A stretch of 64,000 bases of DNA from Alloascoidea hylecoeti (GCA_001600815.1 BCKZ01000004.1:434001-498000); one strand, 5' to 3'. Shown: positions 23,821 through 34,842, counted from the stretch's first letter. Notes: generated from the sequence alone by a model not told the origin. Program-made: numbers and translations.

Positions 23821-25189
23821 TCTTAGAATTGCAATATGTAGACTTTGATTAATATTTAAAGGTGATTTCAAATTTAATATGAATTAAATCAAGTTTATAA
23901 CTAAGAAGAAGGAAGGGAATTGAATGCTATTTATATTCATATCATATATTTCAAAATACAATTTAATGATATATTCCTTAGTAATATGGGGCTTTACATT
24001 TTGAAATTTGAATCACAATTTTAACCTGAGGTGGAATTAACGGATTATTGCCTAATTTGTAATTAACAGTTTAATTATTAGTATGGAATTAGCGGAATAA
24101 TTATATTTGTGTTACGTTGTCATAGAATATGTATGTGTGCTTGCCAAATATAACATATCGAATCTCTATCTAGACCTATATATTTATGAACAAAAAGACA
24201 AAAAGCAAGAGAACTTAAACTTAGATAGTGGTAAAACAAAAAATTAGCTAGTTACAGGGAAATAAGGCCTAAGGTGATAATCGAGAAATGCTCTTGAGCT
24301 TAAAATTGGAACAAGAAGCTTAAGAAATTGTATTGAAAAATTGTGTCCTAGCTATACCTGTGCGAGACTTCCTTCACTTAATTATGGTGGCAACATTTAA
24401 AATGTGTATGGTATAGTCGGGGAGCATTGATTCTATGAATATCCCCGTGGAGTCAGTGTAGACCAAGATATGCTTTGAATCTTAGATGCTCAATGCATCA
24501 AGAATTCAAAATCTGTAAGCATGCATTTTGTTTTTAGACACTGATGATCTGAATCGCAATGATTATTCTAATCTCGTTAATAGGAAGCGGTATACTTTAG
24601 GTTCAACACCTCCAAAAAAACCCATCGTTTTAAATATACCATAGAATGCATATGACTTCTAGAATCCCGTTAAGAGATATATTACGCAATTGTAATTCTA
24701 AAAGGAACTTGAAACCAAGCATGCTAATTGAAACTTTCAATCCAACTTAAAGTGGATTCTCAATTCTCGAAATAGGAAGAGAAATTGATATCGCAACTTC
24801 AACTGTGTGATTCATTGTAAATAGATACGACAACAGCTCCTCTAGCACAACACCTTCCCGAATAAAAGAGCCTAAAACACTTTCTCAAAGGACATTAGAT
24901 CATATTCTGAGAATTTCAAAAGTTTCCTCCTTAAATTTGAGGGGCTAGCTTCAAAGTTTCAACATCAGAATTTTAAAGACTACGTAAGAAACCTTCTGTA
25001 AAAACATATCAGGAATCAGGATAAATTGGAACGGACTAATCATGCTCTCCTCTAGTATAAACATAATCATGCCCTACTACTATTAAACCAATTAATCAAA
25101 CTTCTAAAACATGAATATGCAAAATTCTCGTAATGTAAAAGGTATTCTCTAAATGAGAAGAACTAAATTTGAAGGAATAAAAAGATAGA

Positions 25190-25750
25190 TCAGTGATTTT
25201 TGGACGGTGGTTACACGATCCGAATCTAGAAAAGTATATGTAATCCTTATACGCGATAACAGCAACGCCAGACCGTTGGATTTCAAAATATGTATAATAA
25301 ACTATCAAAGGAAATCTGAGTCTATAAGACGTACGCTTATGGTGTGGACTGAGGTTTGGAAAGAAGATGGTATTTCACTATATTGAGATCAAGTGGTTGG
25401 TCCTAATACCAGCAAAAAGAAGAACCACCACACATGCCTACGTAGAACTTCTGCCTTTGATGAGATTCATGAGGGTGTCATATTCAAGCAGAATAACGCA
25501 TCTATCCATAAAGTTGGAATATCGATGAATTGGTTTCATGATGAAGAGAGGAGGTAGACCGCCTTTTTCGCCGGACCTGAATTCGATTGAGTTCATCACA
25601 AGTAACTACTTATATACCATGTTGAAATGGGTAAAGACCTATAATTTATGTCTCCAAAGTATTGGGACCCCATGGATAAGAATATCATTGATGATCTGAT
25701 TGACTTTATGCTTCGTAGGGTGGCAGCTGTTTATGGCCAACACTAAATGT
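25190..25750 (+). pseudogene. Decayed Tc1/mariner transposase, copy 1
   Basis: Frameshifted pieces LMVW, IFKQNNASIHK (QDNAPxH-like), PPFSPDLNSIE (SPDLNPIE-like), LIDFMLRRVAAV; contains stops. Confidence 0.8.
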
Positions 25751-26069
25751 CAAGATGCCATTTATAAGTATAATTTCTAGTATAAACTTTATACTGAACA
25801 CTATGGATCACTTTAAGAACAGTTCAATATACTATCGGCAACTTAGTGGCTGGTTATAATACTATATCAAAATTTTGGAGTGTATCTAAAAGGAAAATAG
25901 ACACTTCCATAATTGGTAACTACATATTTGACCCCATGCATATACATAATTACTATGTGGGGGAATACATAACTTACACTTCATACACACAAAAATTGAG
26001 CGCAACTTCTTTTATACTACCGTCCAGAAATTCATTTTCTAAGATTACCTTTATCATCTGAATGTAAAT

Positions 26070-26390
26070 CATTATCATTATTAATGCTACGATGCTTGGC
26101 AAACCTCATTACTGCACAATACAAAACCTCACCATGATTGTGCCCTTCAATAAATTGCCAAGCGCTTCTTTTAATAATCTAGATATCTGATATTGCAAGC
26201 CTTACGTCACACAAAGCTCTTGCTATCCTTTTTATCTTAGCTCATACTCTGAACTTTGAAGTGTAGTTGACATCCGACCAAATTTCGAAAATACGGTATC
26301 TTTCATTAGCGGCTTTTGTTTCCAACCCGAACGCCACTGCCACCAACTCATCCTCAGGTATAACATTATAATTCAAGATAAACAACTACG
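26070..26390 (-). pseudogene. Possible decayed transposase N-terminus (MULE/FAR1-like)
   Basis: Stop-interrupted frame containing C...AWQFIEGHNH...AKHR; weak motif evidence only. Confidence 0.25.
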
Positions 26391-28122
26391 GGAAATGGAG
26401 CAAATATTAGATCTTTTTTCCAAACAAATAGCAAATACGATTTTTATGCATCGTTAAGAAGAGTCAAGGACCAATTAAAACCCTAATTAGGTTATGGGTG
26501 TTGAATTACTAAAGTAGGAACCTATTAACTGAAATTATGGAAAAGGTCAATATATTTTGAATAACTACACTCAAATATAAACCAAAAAATAAAAATAAAA
26601 AGGGAATGATTTAAAATTTTATTTGTCAATGTTGGATATTCACTATTGAATAGCCGGCAAGGAGTCGTTTGACTTTTTGATGTTAGCTTTTTTGAGAGAT
26701 GAGTCCCTGGCGATAAAATAACGAAAATAGATCAACAAAATGGAATACACAAATCCGAAAAAAAAGAAGTAACTCACCCAATCTATTAAAATAGCAGTAG
26801 CATTTCTAAAGAAACTACATACGAATTGAATACATTTTAATAGTCACTCATCTACCCGCTGTGGTTTTTAAAATGCCATTTGATGTTGTTAGTGATTGGT
26901 ACCAATAGTGGTAAGGATTTCAAAAGAAAATGTGGGGGAAAACTTCCATATGCAATTCATATCTCTATCTCTATGTACTAAAATTCACAGCTAAAACTAA
27001 TAATGGAATAAATATATTTTATTGAAATATCTCTTACAGAAAGGAATATCTTATAGCTTAATATTAATCATGTTTATTAATTAATCCATAAAATTTTCAT
27101 AAAATTTTTATATGAAGAACTGCATTATTTGTATATACATATTATTATCGTTGGGTTGATTTGTTAACTTTTGATATGATTACAACATCACAATATTAAC
27201 ATACACACTATATACATGTCATTTAAACATGAGGCAAACTATCATGTCCCTGCGTCTATCAGACTTTATTAATTGAAAATGTGTTTTAAAATTTTAAACT
27301 TTGTTATGGAACCTATTATTTAAAATTAATTTCTGTACGTTACAAATATTCATATTGTAGGATCGGACTATATAATATCCAGGAACTTTCGCCGTATAAA
27401 GAAATACTATATAACACTAGATTAAAGAAGACTATGTGTATTGAGGATTAAACATTGCAATTAAATGAAGTACAGAAGAAAAAATCCCAACTTTGGAGGA
27501 GGATTAAGATCCAAGATCAGGGTTCCAACTTAATCAAATTTATTCCACAGCTAGGGTTTACTGTTTACACTCTGAAACAATACATAAATATTATATATAC
27601 GTATTATTACGTATTACTACGTAATATCTCATTAAATCACCATATCAAACTTGAAAAGATTCTGTCATACCATAGATAATTACCAGTAGTTTGAGAGTGA
27701 AATGTCAGTCAGCCTCACAAAGCTGCTGACTATTATTACTATATTATTCGTGATCAATCATAAGTATAACAAACTTATAACCAATCTAGTAGAACAAACT
27801 TAAATGTCCAACTCTATATGTGTTGTATCATATTTATTAACACACATTGATTAAAAATTAAAACAAAAATGAATTATTAAATAAATAGCTATAGCTATAG
27901 AAATATATAAATGATGCAATTGCAATTAGATATTTATGTATATATAAATAAGGCATAATCTATTTCAATATTATCAACATCAAATTTAAAGATGATTTAT
28001 ATGATTAAACAGAGTTAATATTATACATATATTATCAAATCAAGGGTAAAAAAAAAAAAGAAAGGTTATGTTTCAAAGAAAATGCAAGTATGAGTATGAT
28101 TAATGATTAATTGGAAGTTTAA

Positions 28123-30315
28123 TTACCAGTAAGAATTTGCATTACCATTTTTTTCGATAAGATCTTTATTAATGCCCCATGGATCAGGCTTTAAAGCTTT
28201 ATTTAATAAATTTATTGGATTTCCAATAAATTCATAGGTATTATTACCTTCATTTTTTTCAATCATTTCCATTTCTAATGAATGCAAATCTAATGCTTCT
28301 TTTGCATCATTATATTCATTCATATAAGCTTTACTTCCACAAGCTCCTTCTAAAGTTAATAAACCATCTGAATCAAATCTTGTATCAGTTGGTGGGAAAT
28401 CTGAACAAATATATCCAGATACCCATAATTTTGTATCTTTATCATAATTATAACCAGCATATGAATCTTTTCTTGTATAACTTATTTCACCATATTTACG
28501 ATCTAAAATTCGTTTATGATTATAAGGAACTTGTGCTTTATAACCTTCAAATAAAGTTCTTCTAATTGGTGAAACATCTTCAAAAAGCATCCAATTCCAA
28601 CTTTTACATACAATAACAGTACTTGAATTTTTTGTATAATTACTATTATCCCATAAATTTTCAGGTGGTTCACTATCATAAAATTCTGTAGATTGGGTTG
28701 AAATATCAATATAAATACCAGTTCTAATATCAATTATTCTTGCATCAATTGTATTAACACGATTACCAAGACCTAAAAACCAAGGAGAAACTTCAAAATA
28801 AAATCTACCATTACCAATTCTTGGATCTTCAACAATTAATGTTTGATTATAATGTTTACCTAACCAAGCCAAATGTTGAACAGGTAAGATTACATCAATA
28901 TCAGTATCATAAGGTAAATTTAAACCATTAAAATGCCAACCAATTAATGAACCAGCCCAAATCCATGTAGCAATATCATGAGCCATACAAAATTCAAACC
29001 AAGCTCTTGATAAACGATTTAAAATATAACCTCTTTCTTTATCAGTAATAGGTTTTTTATAAAAAGGATAAGCAATATGATCAACTAAATGATGAGGATC
29101 ATTATTAACATGAGGATAACTAAACCATTCTTTTTGATTATGCATATTAGGAACAGCATATTTTAACATATCTAACCATTTTTGATCAACTTTATCTAAA
29201 ATTGGTGATGATTTTTCTAATTCTAACATTTGATCAAGTTCTTTTTGTGGATTTAATTCAAATGAAGATAATGGTATATCAATTAGGGATTTTTTTGATA
29301 AATCATGTTTTGATTTTAATGATTCTGGTGTATAATTTGGAAATTTATTTTTATAAGTTGATATTAAATCAACAATTTCATCTTCAATATTAAAAGAAAT
29401 TGGAAATTCACCTGTATTATTTTTTAAAGCTTTTCGAATTTTTGAATATTTTTTTGAATCATTTTGATAATATAATTCATATAAACCTTTTTTACCATAT
29501 CTTTTTTTTTTTGATATTGGAATTTCAAAAAATTTCTCTTCTGTTAAAATTAATAATTTTTGTGGAATTAATCTAACACTATAAAGATTGATTGCACCGC
29601 GTAATGCTTGACGGGATGATTCTTCTCTTTCAGTTGGATTATAAGGACTTAATAATTTACCAATTTCTTCATCAATTGCATAAATATCATTACTTGTATC
29701 ATTTCCTTTTGACGATTGGCCGGGTACATAAACTTCAGTCAAATCCGAAAAATATGGTGAAGAAATAATAGCAAAATTTTTCTTTTTATCTTGATCATTA
29801 ACAATTGTTCTATAAGCATTAAATAGCGCACCAACATCACCTAAATCCATCCAATCATCCCAATGGAAATCAATTGAAAATAAATCATCATCAGTAAAAG
29901 CATTTTCATCAGTCATTTCAGCAGATTTTATAAAGTTTTTTAATGTTGATATTGTAGCACCTAAAGATAATCTTGGATCAAAAGGATCAATTCTTTTATT
30001 TGTAAAAGATTTAGCAAAAGGAGCCAAATAGTCAGTATCTAATATTTTTTCATTTGATAACACAACAAATTTCTGAATATTTTTTTGATTTCTTAAATAG
30101 AACATATAATTTGAACAGGAAGTTGATATTAATGATATCGAAACAAAAGCAAATAAAAATAGAAATAGCAATATGGCCTGGAATTTGAAGTATGGCGATC
30201 TACAAGATTTTCTATATCTATTTTTTAGTTGCAGTTCAGGGTCGATATCCAGATTAGAATACTTTGAGCGAGCAGAACTAAGCAGTCGCCGGACAAGACC
30301 AAAGAAGAGCCGCAT
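28123..30315 (-). CDS. Mnn4-like LicD-family mannosylphosphate transferase/regulator
   Basis: N-terminal TM anchor, FDPRL, FHWDDWMDL, GSLIGWHFNGLNLPYDTDIDV, NTIDARIIDIRTGIYIDI; first ATG at 30315. Confidence 0.88.
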   Translation of the reverse strand: MRLFFGLVRRLLSSARSKYSNLDIDPELQLKNRYRKSCRSPYFKFQAILLFLFLFAFVSISLISTSCSNYMFYLRNQKNIQKFVVLSNEKILDTDYLAPFAKSFTNKRIDPFDPRLSLGATISTLKNFIKSAEMTDENAFTDDDLFSIDFHWDDWMDLGDVGALFNAYRTIVNDQDKKKNFAIISSPYFSDLTEVYVPGQSSKGNDTSNDIYAIDEEIGKLLSPYNPTEREESSRQALRGAINLYSVRLIPQKLLILTEEKFFEIPISKKKRYGKKGLYELYYQNDSKKYSKIRKALKNNTGEFPISFNIEDEIVDLISTYKNKFPNYTPESLKSKHDLSKKSLIDIPLSSFELNPQKELDQMLELEKSSPILDKVDQKWLDMLKYAVPNMHNQKEWFSYPHVNNDPHHLVDHIAYPFYKKPITDKERGYILNRLSRAWFEFCMAHDIATWIWAGSLIGWHFNGLNLPYDTDIDVILPVQHLAWLGKHYNQTLIVEDPRIGNGRFYFEVSPWFLGLGNRVNTIDARIIDIRTGIYIDISTQSTEFYDSEPPENLWDNSNYTKNSSTVIVCKSWNWMLFEDVSPIRRTLFEGYKAQVPYNHKRILDRKYGEISYTRKDSYAGYNYDKDTKLWVSGYICSDFPPTDTRFDSDGLLTLEGACGSKAYMNEYNDAKEALDLHSLEMEMIEKNEGNNTYEFIGNPINLLNKALKPDPWGINKDLIEKNGNANSYW

Positions 30316-30460
30316 TACTGGATACACGGCCGGTGAGCAGAGAAGAGACAGCTGGATTTAAAGGGGGAGCTTCGTAGTTTTATATCTTCAGGGTCCCGTA
30401 AACATTTCGGTTTGGGATTAGGTTCCGCGAGCATGCACACCCTGCGTATCCGTACAGACA

Positions 30461-31282
30461 TCACACGCCTCCATGCATAATCTGCAAATCGGCCTGCCCA
30501 TACAGTTTTCCGACAACAGCACAAACACACGAGCAGCTCGCGCCGAACGGGTCGTCCGGGTCGTCGCCCGCGTCGTCGCCCGCGTCGTCCCCCCGAACCC
30601 GGATGAACTTCTTGGCCAGCTCCCTCAGCACAGAAACGTCGTCTCCGGTAAGGACCTCCGGCGCCCGGAGGAGTAAACTGTGTATCCAGACCGAGAGTGG
30701 CACCGGGAAATCTGTTGGGGCCGTTATGAGTTCGGTGCACTGTCTGATCAGCAGGAACACCGTCTCGTGGCTGATCGAACGCAACAACGCCGGCGTAGGG
30801 ACGTTCGCACTGTCCAGTATCCATTTTTTCATTGCATTTTTTGGCGGAATCCGTTTGACCTCTTTGGCATTCTCTGCTCCTCCCATTTCGCCCCGGAAAA
30901 GATCCATTTTCTGTTGTTTATATAGTTCCAAATACTCGGTTTCCCAGCTTGCTTTTTCTTCACCTTTGGCGTCACTGTTTTGTACCTCCAAGTCTGTCTT
31001 ATGGTATGGTTTCACCGAGTCTTTCTCCAGATGCTGTTCCTCCTCCTCACCTTCCCTCTCAACAAATGCAAATACTCCTCCATTTTCCGCTTCATACCTA
31101 ACCATCCCTAAATATGTTTCGACGTTACTTGGTGGTTCACCACTTTTGATGTATTGTTTAATATTTTTGACATTGGTATTCACTGGAAATGCACTTCTTT
31201 GCCCAAATAATTCGTCTAACGGCCCCTGTGTAAACTGCCTATTCTCATTATCTGTTTTCTGTTTCTTTTTTGGTGGGGCCAT
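30461..31282 (-). CDS. Gemin2/Brr1-like snRNP assembly factor
   Basis: FGQRSAFPV, YLGMVRYEA, WIHSLLLRAPEVLTGDDVSVLRELAKK, VGKLYGQADL. Confidence 0.75.
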   Translation of the reverse strand: MAPPKKKQKTDNENRQFTQGPLDELFGQRSAFPVNTNVKNIKQYIKSGEPPSNVETYLGMVRYEAENGGVFAFVEREGEEEEQHLEKDSVKPYHKTDLEVQNSDAKGEEKASWETEYLELYKQQKMDLFRGEMGGAENAKEVKRIPPKNAMKKWILDSANVPTPALLRSISHETVFLLIRQCTELITAPTDFPVPLSVWIHSLLLRAPEVLTGDDVSVLRELAKKFIRVRGDDAGDDAGDDPDDPFGASCSCVCAVVGKLYGQADLQIMHGGV

Positions 31283-31561
31283 TTGTCTTTATAGATGTGA
31301 AAATGTGACGGTGGAAGTGAACGGATGTTTAAGGAGTGTGGGTAGGAGTCCCCCGGATACATTTATTTCCGAGACGTGTGCGTATATTCGCCATACCGGG
31401 TTCGGGCAAAAACGTCATGTTCTAGACACCGGCCAAACGTGCTAACCGTGTGTCAAATCTCTCTAACTACGTCCCCCAAACTCATCGTAAACAGGTTTAT
31501 AAATAGAATCACCTCCATTAGCTAACTTATAGCTATACAACTGATTTACTTAGTATTTATT

Positions 31562-31983
31562 TCAATAGTGAGCAAATAAAGGCAAACGTTGAAGTGAACC
31601 TCCCTCCCAATCAATATATTCAATTCCATCTTTCAGACCTTTGTTATAAAAGTTTTCCAGCAGGGTATTGGACAAAACTGGTTTAATTGTGTTATCTATA
31701 GTGCCAATTGTAATATGGACAAAATTCTTTGTTCTTAATTTTTGTGGTTTTATTGATTTTGGATCATTTTTTAATCCAGTTGATGTATAATTATCCACTT
31801 TAACTTGTAAAACCATTAATTTATCATCCCATAATAATCTTGTTGGTGTCACATTTGCTGTTAATCCATCAATAAAATATTCTGATCCAAATTTTGGTTG
31901 AAGAAATCGATTTATATTTATACCATTTAAATGAACTGTTAATTTAAGAATATTCATATATTCATTATAAATTTCTAAACTAT
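31562..31983 (-). CDS. TRL1: TRL1 3' fragment (second half of the cyclic phosphodiesterase domain)
   Basis: LLWDDKLM, VHITIGT (second HxT motif), IKPVLSNTLL; in frame with the 5' part once the 329-bp insert plus TSD is removed. Confidence 0.85.
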
Positions 31984-32307
31984 TGTTGTTATTTCAATTT
32001 TAATTAACTTATTTCATGCTTACATATCCGATATGCAGTGCAGATCAATCATCAAATGATCTACATATGTTTCAGATTTATATTAAACTACATGCCTTGC
32101 ATATTAGATATGCAGGGGTTACGTGGTCATTCATATACTACAGCAAGCCCCTTAATATTATTGCCACCTCCTTATTATTATTTAGCCTATATAGTTACAT
32201 ATATAAGACAGTTAAATCCATTGGATTTAACTCTCTACTTTTTCTTATTCCTATTTAATATACTATTTACTTTATCTTTTTTACTCTATCAGTTTTACCG
32301 ATTAATA
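31984..32307 (+). mobile_element. Solo-LTR-like insertion (324 bp) inside TRL1
   Basis: Starts TGTTG and ends TTAATA; flanked by direct repeat ACTAT (31979-31983, 32308-32312); internal TATATAA at 32200 and pyrimidine-rich 3' end; removal restores the reading frame. Confidence 0.8.
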
Positions 32308-34842
32308 ACTATGACTTGTCTTTTCTGCAATATGTGATAATGTAACATGTTTATCATTTAATATAATTCTATTATTTTTCAATAAATTTTGTAAAAAATT
32401 ATAACCATTCTCATTTGACATAAATAATTGATTTGAAATTTTATCAATTAATAAATTTGCATTTTTAATTTTAATTCCAAAATAAATTGGTTTCTTAAAA
32501 TCTTTAAAATCATTTGTTTTTGGTATTTTATTTTTATCATATACATCAGTTTTCATATTTTTAAATTTTTTAAATTTTGGTTTGTAATTTAATGATAATT
32601 TAAATGAATTTTCAATTTTTGATGAATTATTTAATTGTTCTGTTGTAACTAATTCTGAATAATTTTCATTTATAATTTTTAAAATATATTTTAAATTTTT
32701 TAATGATATCAAATCTTTTCCTTCATTATAATTATTAATATTATAATTATTATTGTTATTATTATTATTATTATTATTATTAATATTATTATTTGAAATT
32801 GACCCTTTAAAATCTTCATGAGTTGTAGCTTTTGATAAATCAATAATTAAATCAAAATTACTATCTGGTGATTGATTAACATCAACAGGTTGATATCTTT
32901 TAATAAATCCATTCATAATTTTTTCAACATTATTCCAATTCTCACTTCTTGCATCAATTGTTTGATGATTATCACCTCTTTTAAAAACTCTATCTTGAGT
33001 TAAATTCCATAAATCATTTGATATTCTTTTTGAACCAATAAAATCAAGTGCAATGAATTTATAATGATAATCTTTTAATGATTTTTTAATTTGATTATTA
33101 TTATAAAAATCATTGAAAATTTGTTCTCTTTCACAATACATATGATTATTTTTATCAATTATAACTGCTGGTGTATTCTTATCTAAAATTAATTTAATTG
33201 CATCTTTAACTAATCCTAATGACCCTTTTTTACCACCACCTCTTATATTATCACTTTGAACATGTCCCCATGTTGGAAATAATGTTCTTAATGATTGAGA
33301 AATTGTTGTTTTACCACAACCAATTGTTGCAATTGATACAAATACATATTTTGTTTTTTTTTCAATTCCATTTTTATTAACATTTTCATTAACATTATTT
33401 GATCCATTTTGAATTTTTAATTGTGAAAATAATTTGTTTGTTTGTGAATCTGATTCATTTATTACTTCAGTTTCTTCTTCATTAGCTAATTCAATACCAG
33501 TTTTACCAACATGATTTAAAAATCGGTTTCTTAATTCAATTATTGCATGACCTTCCTTATATCTTGTCGTTAACTCCTTATCTTTTGATAAAATTGGACC
33601 AACAAATTCTAAATATTGACTTGTTATAACTTTTTGTTTTCTAATAGTTAATGGTTTACCAGATATTAAACTTTTTGTTAATTCTCTCCATTGTCTATAC
33701 ATTAAATATGGTTCTTCAAATTTATATTTAAAAAACCAATCATTTAAATGATTATCATTTTCACCTTCTAAATGTTTTGCTTTACATCTTATAACAAAAC
33801 CTTCAATATCTTCACCATTCCAACTACCAGTTTCTGAACATTTTTCTAAAAAAAATTTTAATTCTTCAATATTTTCTTTAACAAGGAATTTTGTTTCTTT
33901 CATACCGAAAATTTTAGCAAATTCAGATACTTGATCACATGGATAAGTTTTAAAAATTGGAATATTTAAATTTAATCCATGTAAATATAAACCTGCTTTA
34001 TCACCAGTATATTCTAAAACATGTTCTTCAAATTCATCATCACATAATTCAGCAACTGCAGTGACATTCATTTTATATAAAGTTTTTGCCAATTGATTCA
34101 TTGAAATTCCTTTCTTATTTAAACATTTTTCAATTGATTTTAAACCAACAAATGAATGATTTTTCCAATTTGCATCAGTATCTTGTCTTGGACCAGTTGA
34201 TCTTTTACTACATACATTAATTGTACCATCTTTAAAACCTGAAATAAATATAATACATCCATTTTCTTTTTGTGATATAAAATATGGACCTTTTGTATTA
34301 TTATTTATCCAACTCCATGATGTTGTTTTAACTTCATCAATATTGAAAAACTTTTCATAACCACGAGTAATTATTTTTTCTTCATTTCCATTTTCAATAT
34401 CTTCATATGTAAATAATCCACGAGCATTTGATGGTAATTTAATTGATCCATAATCCCATTCATTAAATTTCCAACCTTTTATTTTTTTATCTGAATTCCA
34501 AACTGGGAAAGTTGAAAGTTTAACTTTTCCTTTACGTGATGATTTTTCTTTTGATTCATTTAATTGTTCTATTAATTCAGATGTTGAAATCCCCCATTCT
34601 GGTGGTGATAATATTGGGAATGGTAAATCAATTGATTCGTTAGACATTAAATTTAAAGGAGATGATTTAGAAATAGAATAAAAAGATTGAAACTGATGAT
34701 GTTGTTGAAGAATGAAAACTGGGGCACGTGAAGAAATTTTAACAGAGTAATTGAAAAAGCGCAAATATGAGAAAGTTGGGAGATATTTATATCCTATCAA
34801 TTTTTGTTTAAAACAATGGAAAAAGATACCTGAATTTATCAT
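32302..34842 (-). CDS. TRL1: tRNA ligase Trl1, 5' part (ligase, kinase, first half of CPD), truncated by the insertion
   Basis: KFNEWDY, ARGLF, KENGC (adenylated Lys), EGFVIRC, FFKYKFEEPYLMYRQWRE, IATIGCGKTT, RGDNHQ, HVT; the stop codon comes from the insert. Confidence 0.95.
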   Translation of the reverse strand: MINSGIFFHCFKQKLIGYKYLPTFSYLRFFNYSVKISSRAPVFILQQHHQFQSFYSISKSSPLNLMSNESIDLPFPILSPPEWGISTSELIEQLNESKEKSSRKGKVKLSTFPVWNSDKKIKGWKFNEWDYGSIKLPSNARGLFTYEDIENGNEEKIITRGYEKFFNIDEVKTTSWSWINNNTKGPYFISQKENGCIIFISGFKDGTINVCSKRSTGPRQDTDANWKNHSFVGLKSIEKCLNKKGISMNQLAKTLYKMNVTAVAELCDDEFEEHVLEYTGDKAGLYLHGLNLNIPIFKTYPCDQVSEFAKIFGMKETKFLVKENIEELKFFLEKCSETGSWNGEDIEGFVIRCKAKHLEGENDNHLNDWFFKYKFEEPYLMYRQWRELTKSLISGKPLTIRKQKVITSQYLEFVGPILSKDKELTTRYKEGHAIIELRNRFLNHVGKTGIELANEEETEVINESDSQTNKLFSQLKIQNGSNNVNENVNKNGIEKKTKYVFVSIATIGCGKTTISQSLRTLFPTWGHVQSDNIRGGGKKGSLGLVKDAIKLILDKNTPAVIIDKNNHMYCEREQIFNDFYNNNQIKKSLKDYHYKFIALDFIGSKRISNDLWNLTQDRVFKRGDNHQTIDARSENWNNVEKIMNGFIKRYQPVDVNQSPDSNFDLIIDLSKATTHEDFKGSISNNNINNNNNNNNNNNNYNINNYNEGKDLISLKNLKYILKIINENYSELVTTEQLNNSSKIENSFKLSLNYKPKFKKFKNMKTDVYDKNKIPKTNDFKDFKKPIYFGIKIKNANLLIDKISNQLFMSNENGYNFLQNLLKNNRIILNDKHVTLSHIAEKTSHSY

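Noticed and set aside
24400..25050. Coding-like composition upstream of Tc1 copy 1
   Set aside because: Multiple stops and no motif I could assign.
30603..31445. 280-aa + strand ORF and other ORFs overlapping the Gemin2-like gene
   Set aside because: Antisense or alternate-frame shadows in GC-rich sequence; no recognisable motifs.
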